Below, piece by piece: positions 11,340-20,745 of a DNA stretch of 22,713 nucleotides (position 1 is the stretch's first letter; the number at the start of each line of letters is the position of its first letter). The stretch spans positions 64,107,196 through 64,129,908 of the forward strand of contig NC_057719.1 in NCBI RefSeq assembly GCF_004010195.1. The letters run 5' to 3'. The position numbers were made by a program, and so were the translations under genes. This DNA is from Chiloscyllium plagiosum (Eukaryota). The notes beneath the pieces are model-generated. The model was not told the DNA's origin. It did not search any database and saw nothing but the letters and a program-made list of their open reading frames with translations.

Positions 11340-12125
11340 TACATGATCACATTTGCTGGAGTCCTCGCCAGATGCAGAATTGTGAGCTCTGAGTTTCAGA
11401 GTTTGAGCAGCCACTGTAATCACCATAGTGCATCTGTAGGGATGAGAGCGATGTGAATAGTACATTCAGTGAAGTAGGAGCATTGGGTCAGAATGAAAAT
11501 GGGTAAGCACCAAGTAGTCCAAGAGAACCAAGCAGGACGAGAAGCCATAATCCATGTTGGTACAAATGACTGATATGAAGGGGGATGAGGTGCTCAAAGT
11601 AGATTTCAAAGAGCTAAGAAGGAGATTAAAAAACAGGACCACTTAAAGCAATAATTCAGGATTCCTTCCAGTTCCACGTAGTAGTGAGCATGGAAATAGA
11701 AGAATTGAGAAATTGAATACATGGCTGGAGAGCTGGTGTTGGAAGGAGAGAATCTCATTTCTAAGGTATTGGGAATTCTCCCAGAACAGGTGGAAGCAGT
11801 ACACAATGAGCAGACTGCATCTTATCTGGACTGGAGTGAACATCCTCTCAGGAAGATTCATTAGTGCTGTTGGGGGGGGTTTAAACTAGATTACCATGGG
11901 GATGGGAACCTGGGAGGGAGCTTAGATTCAAGGAAACGAAACAGGTTTCATAAAGTTGAGAAATAGAGAGCCAAAGCAGAATACAGAAGAAGCATCAGAT
12001 AGAATTAGAATAGAGAATAATGTTTTTTTTATGAATGTGCATAGCATTCACAAAATAATGGATTATTTGAGTTAAGATAAATTAAGATAAATGAGTATGT
12101 TTAATTGGCATTATGGACACATGCC
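11340..12125 (+). mobile_element. Degenerate CR1 5' region: ORF1 (SGNH/GDSL esterase-type) and start of the ORF2 endonuclease
   Basis: IHVGTND (11550-11570), SGFLPVPR (11656-11679), LNTWLESWC, RLHL, GLN-stop (11878-11889). A decayed NxxSI...IGIxxT APE start follows at about 12030-12122. Confidence 0.8.
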
Positions 12126-12197
12126 TCCCGAACAGTACTGTGGGTGTACCTACAACTCAAGGATTGCAATGGCTTAGGGGCAATTAGGCATAAGCAA
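12124..12197 (+). mobile_element. Family-A LINE 3' fragment
   Basis: cctcccgaacagtactgtgggtgtacctaca...gggcaattaggcataagcaa is similar to 4905-4996 and to the antisense of 675-780. Confidence 0.55.
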
Positions 12198-12226
12198 ATT
12201 GTCCTGCATTTTGTGGACAGGTCATA

Positions 12227-12439
12227 CATAAGAACATCAGAGTAGCAGAAAGCATCATTTGACATGATCATGACTGATCTCATTGCGGTCTCTACTCCAC
12301 CTTCCAGCCTGCTGTTCATAACCGTTCAACCTGTTACAAATTTAAAACAAATCTATCTCCTCCTTAAATTTATTCAATGTCCCAGCATCCACCATACTCT
12401 GGGGTAGTGAATTCCACAGATTTTTGACCTTTGAGAGAA
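12227..12439 (-). mobile_element. CR1 3' end fragment
   Basis: Starts cataagaacat (CR1 terminal repeat, antisense) and includes ctctggggtagtgaattccacaga (antisense LWNSLPQ). Confidence 0.75.
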
Positions 12440-12442
12440 TTA

Positions 12443-12602
12443 CAGAGGAACCTCGATTATCCAGCATTCAATTAACTGACTTTCAGATGATCCAAACAAG
12501 GTTGCAAGGTCCCGATGTTATCCAGCGTTCGATTATCCGGCATTCGATTAACTGAATGAAATACTCCCTACCCATGTCCTTCGGATAATCGAGGTTCATC
12601 TG
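12443..12602. mobile_element. 160-bp MITE, Tc1/mariner superfamily (pogo/Tigger-like)
   Basis: 20-bp TIRs cagaggaacctcgattatcc (12443-12462) and ggataatcgaggttcatctg (12583-12602) match at 19/20. TA flanks both ends (12441-12442, 12603-12604). Confidence 0.9.
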
Positions 12603-12684
12603 TATATGTGGGCAATTTTCCAAATTATCGCCTGAGTGTCTATTTTGTAGCTGCACAGCAACAGTGCAGAGCACTTGTGGGACC

Positions 12685-12850
12685 TTTTTGGAAGGGTGAA
12701 GAGTCAGAGGTTATGACCAACATTGGCATCAACAACATTGATAGAAAGAGGGATAAGATCCAGAAAAACAGATTTAGGCAGCTAAGTGAGATTAAAATGA
12801 AGCACGTCTAAGACAGTTATCCTAGGATTGCCATTGGCACTACATGCTAT
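12685..12850 (+). mobile_element. Second decayed CR1 ORF1 esterase fragment
   Basis: GEESEVMTNIGINNIDRKRDKI...FRQL in ORF 12608..12811 parallels the HVGTND region at 11550. Confidence 0.65.
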
Positions 12851-12969
12851 TATGCCGCATGCTCACCTGTAGCTCCTTAAACCTGGACTAATGGGAATAT
12901 GTTGGGTTGTGAGGTTGGAGATTATTTGCATATAACTCTATTGACAGTCTTCACTCACAACACCTCATG

Positions 12970-13420
12970 GATAGAACAGAAGCATATAAAATAGAAACCG
13001 GTCCTTTGAGCTTGCTCAATATGACCATGGTTGATCATCCAACTCAATACCCTGTTCCCACTCTTTCCCCAGGCCCTTTGGTTCCTTTAGCCTGAAGAAT
13101 TATATCTGTATCCTTCTTTAAAGCATTCAATTGGATTTGGCCTCAACTGCTTCCTGTGAGAGATTTCCACAGGTTCACACTCCGAGTAAAGAAATTTCTC
13201 CTCATCTGTGTCCTACCCTATTATTCTTAGACTGTGACCACTTGTTCTAGACTACCTGGTCATCCTTCCTGTGTTTACCTTGTCTAGCCCTGTTAGAGTT
13301 TTATTGGCTTCTGTGAGATTTTCCACTCCGTTCTTCTAAATTGCAATGAATATAATCCTAACTGAACCAATCATCCTTCATACATCAGTCCTGCAGTGCC
13401 AGGAATCAATCTGTTAAATC
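12970..13420 (-). mobile_element. CR1 3' end fragment
   Basis: Antisense tail and C-terminal ORF2: atttccacaggttcac, aagaaatttctcctcatc, cttctaaattgcaatgaata. Confidence 0.75.
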
Positions 13421-13831
13421 TGGCTGTAGTCACACCCCCTCCCCCCCACCCTCCCTCCCAAATACCTTACTTAATTTGACCTTTGTGCTTTACCACTGTC
13501 TGTTCTCAGATAGATGACTCCCATCTTGAACTCTAGCCCGAACAATCGCTCTCCTTCATGCACCAACTCCCCAACAAAAATGTATTGCATTCAGAAAGGC
13601 ACTCTGAACAAACTCAGTTGCCAGCCATTGCAAGGTATTAGTTCAGGTAAAATTTGGATTAATTTGGAATATCTCAAACACATTACAAGCACATAATCAA
13701 ACAGGGTAAGTAATGAGTTCCTCAATGCCTCACCTAGATGATCATTTCTTCGTTCAACCAGAAGAAAAGAAATCTGATTCTGGATCAGTGGTGCTGGAAG
13801 AGCACAGCAATTCAGGCAGCATCCGAAGACA

Positions 13832-14286
13832 GGCAAAATCGACGTTTTGGGCAAAAGCCCTTCATCAGGAATAAAGGCAGAGAGCCTGAAGCGTGGAGAG
13901 ATAAGCTAGAGGAGGGTGGGGGTGGGGAGAGAGTGGCAAAATCGACGTTTCGGGCAAAAGCCCTTCATCAGGAATAAAGGCAGAGAGCCTGAAGCGTGGA
14001 GAGATAAGCTAGAGGAGGCTGGCAGCATCCAAGGACAGGCAAAATCGACGTTTCGGGCAAAAGCCCTTCATCAGGAATAAAGGCAGAGAGCCTGAAGCGT
14101 GGAGAGATAAGCTAGAGGAGGCTGGCAGCATCCAAGGACAGGCAAAATCGACGTTTCGGGCAAAAGCCCTTCATCAGGAATAAAGGCAGAGAGCCTGAAG
14201 CGTGGAGAGATAAGCTAGAGGAGGCTGGCAGCATCCAAGGACAGGCAAAATCGACGTTTCGGGCAAAAGCCCTTCATCAGGAATAA
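13832..14286. repeat. 103-bp tandem array (about 4.4 units)
   Basis: ggcaaaatcgacgttt starts at 13832, 13935, 14038, 14141 and 14244. Units 2-4 are identical. Unit 1 differs at 13848 and in its last 19 nt. Confidence 0.98.
13940..14284 (-). ncRNA. Four tandem minimal type I hammerhead ribozyme motifs (a fifth, mutated copy lies at 13837-13872)
   Basis: Minus strand reads AUUC-CUGAUGA-A-GGGC-UUUU-GCCC-GAA-ACGU-C-GAUU. CUGAUGA boxes are at 13965-13971, 14068-14074, 14171-14177 and 14274-14280. Helix I is weak. Confidence 0.7.
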
Positions 14287-14485
14287 CCAGGTAGTCACGG
14301 AGGGAACGGTCTTTGGGGAAGGCGGAGAGGGGTGGGGAGGGAAATATATCCCTGGTGGTGGGGTCTGTTTGGAGGTGGCGGAAATGTCGGCGGATGATTT
14401 GGTTTATGCGAAGGTTGGTAGGGTGGAAGGTGAGCACCAGGGGCATTCTGTCCTTGTTGCGGTTGGAGGGGTTCGGTCAAGGCAG
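14287..14485 (-). pseudogene. Penelope-like ORF remnant (region between RT and GIY-YIG endonuclease)
   Basis: PLVLTFHPTNLRINQIIRRHFRHLQTDPTTRDIFPSPPLSAFPKDRSLRDYLV matches the PLE motif PLVxTYHP...DP...F..PP..AF....L.D.LV. Confidence 0.85.
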
Positions 14486-16574
14486 GCAATCATTTTGATT
14501 CATGACACCAAATTCCCCCTCCACTTCCATTCAGACATAATAGAGCACGTACATCATTGAACTTACTGCTCACTCAGAGATGTAAATATATCTAAGGTTA
14601 ACTTTGGAAAACCTTATGAAAATTTCTCTCCGATCTCTAAGCTAATTCTACATGATTGTAAGTGGACCATGAATATCTGTATTTTCAATAACATTGCATG
14701 TTTTCTGTGTCCCTGTAGAATGATTGTTTGCTGCCCACAGGCACTGCATGGTTCAATAATCGGGTCCAGAGGACATAATGAAATAAAAGACAGGACAGCT
14801 AACTTTTCTTTTCGTGTACAGATTTTACCTGCATGACCCTCAAATTCTGTCATTTCTTGTTCTCTGTACTAACATATACACCAAAACAAAATATAATTCC
14901 ACTATCATTTTACAAACATTAATACCATCTTGACTAATCCTATATTACTGGAATAAAAGTAACTTATTCATTGCCTCGTATCTGAATGGTGAATAAAACC
15001 CAATTTTTACATATTAGACCTGTTAAAATATACCCCATTTGACACGGTGGCAGTGGCACACAACACAATGGAGGATATCCACAACATTAAAGCCTGGACC
15101 TCATCTTGCCGAGGACTGTGTGGTTGCTGCTCTTAGAAGTACAGCCATTGCCAGATGTATCTGCAACAGGTTTCATTCTTGAATTCAGCCCTGAGGCAGG
15201 GTCTAATTCAGTTCACCCTCTTTTATATCTTCTCTAGTGTGTTTGTGTGACACTTGACTGAATAATAAAAGCAACAGGATGTCACCTTTTGTTCTATATG
15301 TGCAACTACAGCAAACTGGTAATTAGGAGTCGTAAAAAGTAGTTGGTTATTTTGCACCTTACTTACCTAAGGTTACTCAGATCATTTATATTGCCTTAAC
15401 TTCTATTTGGTCATGAACTTGAGATAGGCGAATTTGTCAAGTATAAGTTGATGAGATACAAATATTGACAATTGTCAGTCTGGTTTATTTGGTTTATTAC
15501 TCCTCTTGAAAGCACAGACACGGTGGCACCCTTGTGTTTTTGGTGAGTAGGTATTCAAAGGTACTCATCTGTAAATTTTGCAATATGTTTTTCTCTGCAC
15601 CGGAAGGGTGCAATAATGAATTGAAGGGATTACAAAACACTTTGTTCATGCATTGAGAGAAATTTATTTGTTTCCAAGAATGCACCAAAAGTTCAATCCA
15701 AGCAGACATTATTAATAAGTGACTTTTTACACTTTCAGTGAAGCAATAATGGATTATCCAGAAAGTGAGCAGTATAGAAAAATGAGTGGATTAGTCTAAA
15801 ATAGTAACTTGTTACACATTGTCCATTTACATCTATTATCAAGTAGGATCATACAAGGTCTACAGCACAGAAGCAGATTATTCAACCTGACGTGTCTGTA
15901 TTTATATTCAGGAAGGTTTGCTTTGTCATCAAAGACTGATCAAGTCTTGCAAGAATAGGAAATCCAAATTCATTAAGTTCAACTTTCAGTGTAGGTGGGT
16001 TAAATCATTGCTTGATGAAATTCCTAATCTTGTATTTTTAGTCCTTGAGACTACTTTATGACTAATTGCGATAGAGCAGGTATCTGTGGGAAAGTTGAAC
16101 TATCCTGTGTCAAATTAAGAACATTTGTCCAGTGCATGTAAAGTCTGTTTTTTAAGTTGTGAGTAAAGAGGGAAACTCCTCATTAAATTACATGATGGAG
16201 GCCCGTTCTAAGCACAACTGCTTATAACTTACAAATAAATAACTTGCTCTGCAGGCCAAATCGAATCGAATCTCCAAGAACCTAGCCAACAATCCTGTTC
16301 AGTGAGTCCAGTATGAACATCATTCAGAAGTAAGTTCAGACTACATTGTGACATTCCACAGCTCATCTCTGGAGCTCTTACGTGAATAGTAGATAGTTGT
16401 ATAAGGTGAAGGAGAACAACATATGTTCGTGGAACCACGCGTAACAAGGTATGAATTTCTTTGGGAAAGAAGAGGAGGGGAATTGAGGAAAACCATCTGT
16501 TCTTTTAATTCAAGAAAGTGGTAAGATTCTGCATATCTATATATAGTGAGAAGGAAAGATCTGTCAATAGTACT

Positions 16575-16640
16575 AAAAACAAAATAAAAGATGCTGAAAA
16601 TACTCAGCAAGTTCGGCAGTATCTCTGAGGAAATTAACAA
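16575..16640 (-). mobile_element. Short Penelope-type terminal remnant
   Basis: gatgctgaaaatactcagcaagttcggcagtatc resembles gtgctggaagagcacagcaattcaggcagcatc (13791-13823). Confidence 0.5.
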
Positions 16641-16641
16641 T

Positions 16642-17950
16642 GGGCTGGTCTTACATTTTTTAGCTAAGTGTCAATTTTATCATGTTTTATGGAGAGTTTC
16701 TCTCCACAAGGCCTTGTGAGCTTCCTTCGCTGCATCTTATCAAACTCGGCTCGTTAACTAGCTCTCTTGCCTCTCGCGCTCCTTTCATCCAAACCTAGTC
16801 TCATTCTACCATTCACCATACTGTACTTGCTACTGTTGAGGTATACCAGAATGCACCAGCATCCCTTTCCCTGGTGCCATCTTTAAAAGGTTTTTGTGTG
16901 CCCGAATAAGCACCATCAGCCTGGAAATGCCCTGCATGGTTACTGACATTAATCGCAGACATGGTAGAGGAGGGAAAGTTGGCACTGCACTTTACAGGTA
17001 ATGAGGAGGAGGTTCTGATGTACAGGGTGGTGCAAAAGAGGGTCTAGTCTGGGTCAGTGCAGTTTCAGTTACCTGGAGGATTGCTCGACAATATAGGGAA
17101 AAGGTCAGTGACCTTCTCCACTCTGTCAGTATAAGTGTCACCATCTTCCCTCTGCTACATCGCATTCACTTTATCTCTGTTACTGAACCCACCTCCCATC
17201 AAGACTCATGCTCTACCAGTCTCACTATTGCCTGCAATATCTTCCTCATTTGCTCTCACCCACCTCAGTCCCCAATGCCACTAGCCCTGCATGTCCTCTG
17301 CACTATCTACTCACCTGCTCGGGCCACCTGCTCCAGAAGTAACAGCCAAATCACCCACTTTCATCTCCCTTAATATCAGCCTCTCTCTGTTGTTCCAGGA
17401 AGAAAATATGGACAGCAAGTGAACAGCCTGGAGATGCAGTCTAGTCCAGTTCATAAGTTGGGTGTATGTCCCTGAGTGCAGTGTCCTTGCTATAGCATCA
17501 CAATGAGACTTGTCCTTCTGCTCTGAGGTGTAATATTGATACGCAGAAGCATGTTGCATGTGGGTCAAAAATGGGTCATTAGTGGCTGGGACATGTCAGA
17601 TGAAAGTATCCATGATTTTTGGGTACATATGGCTGGTGCCATGGAGCATGACCTGAGATGTTGGTCATGCCAACGTAGAATCCCCATGGACTGAGCAATC
17701 TGTGAGTGGAAGTTGCGAGGTACCCGTTCTGACTTCCGTGTTGAGATTTCTCGGTGTCCGATTTGCTTGTGGCAGGTGGTCAGATAGAAAGCTGTATATT
17801 AATGCGGTGAGGTCTGCAGTCAATAAGATGTTTAACAAGCAATAATCCCCCCAATAGGCAATCTGCTGCTGCTCAGAGAGAATCCCACTTCAACACCTAG
17901 AACAGATGCCGTGAGTTATTCCTGATGTCAAGACAGGCCTCACTGGATTT
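16642..17950 (+). mobile_element. Probable decayed PIF/Harbinger element with a Myb/SANT-like gene remnant
   Basis: MVEEGKLALHFTGNEEEVLMYRVVQKR (16961-17041) and VSAVSVTWRIARQYREKVSDL (17053-17115) fit the F....EVL...V...R / VSA.....R...Q.R.K..DL pattern. A pyrimidine-rich, intron-like tract ends ttccag at 17398. Boundaries are uncertain and no TIR pair was found. Confidence 0.55.
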
Positions 17951-17954
17951 AAAA

Positions 17955-18148
17955 TCATAGAATCCCTACAGTGTGGAGCAGGCCATTTGACCCATCATAT
18001 TCATACGTTCTCTCTGAAGAGCATCCCACCCAGACCCACCGCCTCCTATTCTATTCTTGTAATCCTGCATTTCTCATGGCTAATCCACCTAATCTGCACA
18101 TGCCTGGACACTATGGGCAATTTACGTTGGCTAATCCAGCTAACCTTC
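17955..18148 (-). mobile_element. HE1-type SINE, 3' half
   Basis: catagaatccctacagtgtgga...catcccacccagaccc...ggacactatgggcaattta is homologous to 20424-20600. Confidence 0.85.
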
Positions 18149-18219
18149 TCACACAATTCTGCCACATTCCCACCTGATGTTCAGGTCCTTAAATGATTCT
18201 GTCTCAACTTTCTGGCCAA

Positions 18220-18330
18220 ATGATCTGGAATATTAACTCTCTTCCTTTCTCCAAACATGCTGAGTATGTCCCACAACTTTGTTTTCTTATTCCAGATTTC
18301 CAGCAACCACAGGCATTTTGCTTTTGTCTC
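18220..18330 (+). mobile_element. Old Penelope-type terminal remnant
   Basis: atgctgagtatgtcccacaactttg...ccagatttccagcaaccacag resembles the antisense of 16575-16640 and 19815-19870. Confidence 0.45.
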
Positions 18331-19269
18331 GTTGTATCCTTTCATGTTCACTTCATGTTCAGTCCAGGTGGTATGAGTGTGCTGATTCTTTTTAAAATGC
18401 GCTGAAATCTCTCAATTGAAAGCATAATCAGGTTTGCTGAACTCATGAGCTCATACTGATATTCTATTTTGTCTTGCCACAACTGACTGCAATCCGCCCA
18501 CTTTAACAAATAACCCTCAGGAATTTAGCAGTCTTGAGGCAGTTGCCTTTACCTGTCTGCAGTAATGGTTATTACTTAAGCGTCCTACCACGTGACTGTC
18601 TGAGTTTCGAAATCAGAAAGAGTGTGTTGTCTTCTTGTTGTGACTAGCCAGAAGATAATGCTGTCATTTAACTTTGGCTCTTTTCAATGTGCATTTCCAA
18701 AAATGGTCATGTTTTATTTCCAGTCTGGTACAATGCTGAAATGATTATCTGAAGTGGGATTGATTACATGATTAGCTATGGTTTGTGCTAATGCCAGGGT
18801 GTGCTTTGGATGAATTGTAAGCACAGTTTTGTTTTGAACAAGAGTGTCTGTGAAAACTAATTGTACCAAATGTTGATGCCATGTTTCTCTTGATAATATT
18901 TGGTTGACTGCAGGACCAAAAAGACAGTGTGTCTTCATTTTGTATAAATTTTAAACCAGACCCAGCAGAATGAGAGTGGGATTCTAATCCAGTGTGTCGC
19001 CAGTTCACATATTTCTTTCATGTCTTTATTTAAAGCAAATTAATAAATAATTAGTAACAGATTGGTGTCAGTTTGATCAGGCAGAAGATACAGAAGCTTG
19101 AAAACATGCACCAACAGTGTCTTCCCTCTTGTTATTAGACTGATGAATGGACTCTCTAACTTCAAATAATGTTGATTTTGTTCATTCTGATCATGCTTCA
19201 TGCACCTGCTGTGCAGTGTAAACTGTATGCCGCACTCTCCATCTAGGCACCCAATGATCTCTATGTCCT

Positions 19270-19355
19270 TTCTTACTATGATCTGCCAGAACTGCTTGCC
19301 AAACAAAGCTTTTCACTGTAATTAGTTGCACGTGACTCCAATAAATCAAGTCAAA
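19270..19355 (+). mobile_element. Possible LINE 3' tail (Rex1/Babar-like)
   Basis: aaagcttttcactgta...gcacgtgac...aataaatcaagtcaa resembles recalled fish LINE tails. No coding support. Confidence 0.4.
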
Positions 19356-19610
19356 AAAAGGGAGCCCTTAAACCATCTATAAAGCACCAGCACCATAATC
19401 AGAGAAACAATCACACAGGACTGTTTTACTTATAACAGGTGACCTCTAAAGTCGAGATTGTTTCAGTGCAGTAACTGCAGAAGTCCCACATCGTCAGAGG
19501 GGCAACCTTACATGGAGACATTAAACTGTGATCATTTCTGTCCTTTAGCTGGACTGGAAAGACACCATAGTGCTCTCATTAAGAATAGCTTGGTTGACCT
19601 GGACCAACAA

Positions 19611-20021
19611 GGGGTGGTGTGGTGGCTCAGTGGTTTGCACTGCTGCCTCACAGCACCAGGGTCCTGGGTTTGCTTTCAGCCTCGGGTGACTGTGTGGAGT
19701 TTGCATGTTCTCCCTGTGCCTGCGTGGGTTTCCTCCGGGTGCTCTGGTTTCCTCCCACAGTCCAAAGATATGCAGGTTAGGTGAATTGGCCATGCTAAAA
19801 TTGAGGAGAAAGTGAGGTCTGCAGATGCTGGAGATCAGAGCTGAAAATGTGTTGTTGGAAAAGCGCAGCAGGTCAGGCAGCATCCAGGGAACAGGAGAAT
19901 CGACGTTTCGGGCATGCTAAAATTGCCCATATGATGTGTAGGTTAGGAGTAAAAGTAGAGGAATAGGTTGGTGTGGACTTGTTGGGCCAAAGGGCCTGTT
20001 TCCACATTGTAGGAATTCTAA
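19611..20021 (+). mobile_element. Near full-length HE1-type V-SINE
   Basis: A box (tggctcagtgg), V domain (tgtgtggagtttgcatgttctccc...gtgggtttcctccgggtgctctggtttcctcccacagtccaaaga) and CR1-type tail (gttgggccaaagggcctgtttcc). Confidence 0.92.
19804..19912 (-). mobile_element. 109-bp Penelope terminal fragment with a 13-bp TSD
   Basis: catgctaaaattg occurs at 19791-19803 and 19913-19925. The insert (caggcagcatcc...aatcgacgtttcgg) is homologous to 13790-13850. Confidence 0.88.
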
Positions 20022-20196
20022 AATTTTGTTGGTTATATAGCTCTCTGGGACATCTGAGGTGTGAAATGCTTTAGAATGCAAATTTGTTGTTTTGTTCACA
20101 TGAAGCGTAAATACAAAAGTTCAAAGTTGGTATTTTCCCACCAAAGGCTAATTCAGAAACAATGCTGCAGTTGCTGTATACATTACATTCCACACG

Positions 20197-20270
20197 TGAT
20201 CCCCCATGGCATTATTCAGAAAGTTCAGCAGAGGTTTGGGGCTAATAATTATCCTTCAACCAAAACCCCA
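20197..20270 (+). mobile_element. Second Deu-domain SINE fragment
   Basis: gatcccccatggcattattcagaa...aataattatccttcaaccaa resembles the Deu-SINE core. Confidence 0.45.
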
Positions 20271-20423
20271 AGAATAATTGAACAACTGTGTATTTCATAT
20301 TTTCAGAAACCTGACATCTTGTCTAGGTTCCTGGAGAGTGGTTGTAGGATATTCACGAACATCATCTGTTTCAGTAGTCTGGTCTTCTCGGCACAGCAGC
20401 AAAGAAATAACAACACCTCGTCC

Positions 20424-20744
20424 ACAGAATCTCTACAGTGTGGAAGCCATTCAGCCCATACCAACTATCTGGAGACATCCCACCCAGACCCACTCCTTAC
20501 CTTATGCTGGTAACCCTTCATTTCCCATCACCAATCACAGGGCCTGCACATCCCTGGACACTACGGGAATTTAGCATGGCCAATTCACCTAACCTGTGGG
20601 AGGAAATGGAGCACATGAATGAAACCCACACAAACACAGGGTAACATACAAACTCCCACAGACAGTTGCCCAAGGATGGAATTGAAGCTGAGTCCCTGGT
20701 GCTGTGAGGCAACAGTGCGAACCACTGAGCCACCATGCTGCCCC
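20424..20744 (-). mobile_element. Near full-length HE1-type V-SINE
   Basis: Antisense head accactgagccaccatgctgcccc, B box ggaattgaagc, V domain and tail; homologous to 19611-20021. Confidence 0.9.
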
Positions 20745-20745
20745 A

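Larger units (their letters stand above)
13775..14485 (-). mobile_element. Internally deleted Penelope-like element with amplified terminal repeat
   Basis: A PLE ORF remnant (14287-14485) is joined directly to terminal-repeat sequence containing hammerhead motifs. The element ends at about tgattctggatcagtggtgctggaagagcacagc. CpG-rich, so probably young. Confidence 0.88.
19460..20095 (+). mobile_element. Ancient Deu-domain SINE relic (body about 19460-19610, probable tail about 20025-20095) split by an HE1 SINE
   Basis: cagtgcagtaactg...gtcagagg...gagacattaaactg...ggaaagacaccatagtgct resembles the Deu domain. tgggacatctgaggtgtgaaatgctttagaatgcaaattt resembles an L2-type tail. Confidence 0.5.

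Noticed and set aside
13434..13459. G-quadruplex motif on the minus strand (C runs)
   Set aside because: It fits the pattern but is an isolated low-complexity tract with no functional context.
13832..14286. CRISPR array
   Set aside because: The units are identical with no unique spacers, there are no cas genes, the context is eukaryotic, and the sequence is Penelope-derived.
13741..14500. TSD around the large Penelope element
   Set aside because: Only short imperfect matches (atcattt, tgattc) were found, and they do not sit consistently at the ends.
15041..15529. 12-mer gacacggtggca repeated at 15041 and 15518 as a TSD
   Set aside because: The intervening sequence shows no element features, so the match is probably chance.
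20061..20513. 150-aa ORF
   Set aside because: It crosses SINE relics and runs into an antisense HE1 tail, with no protein motif.
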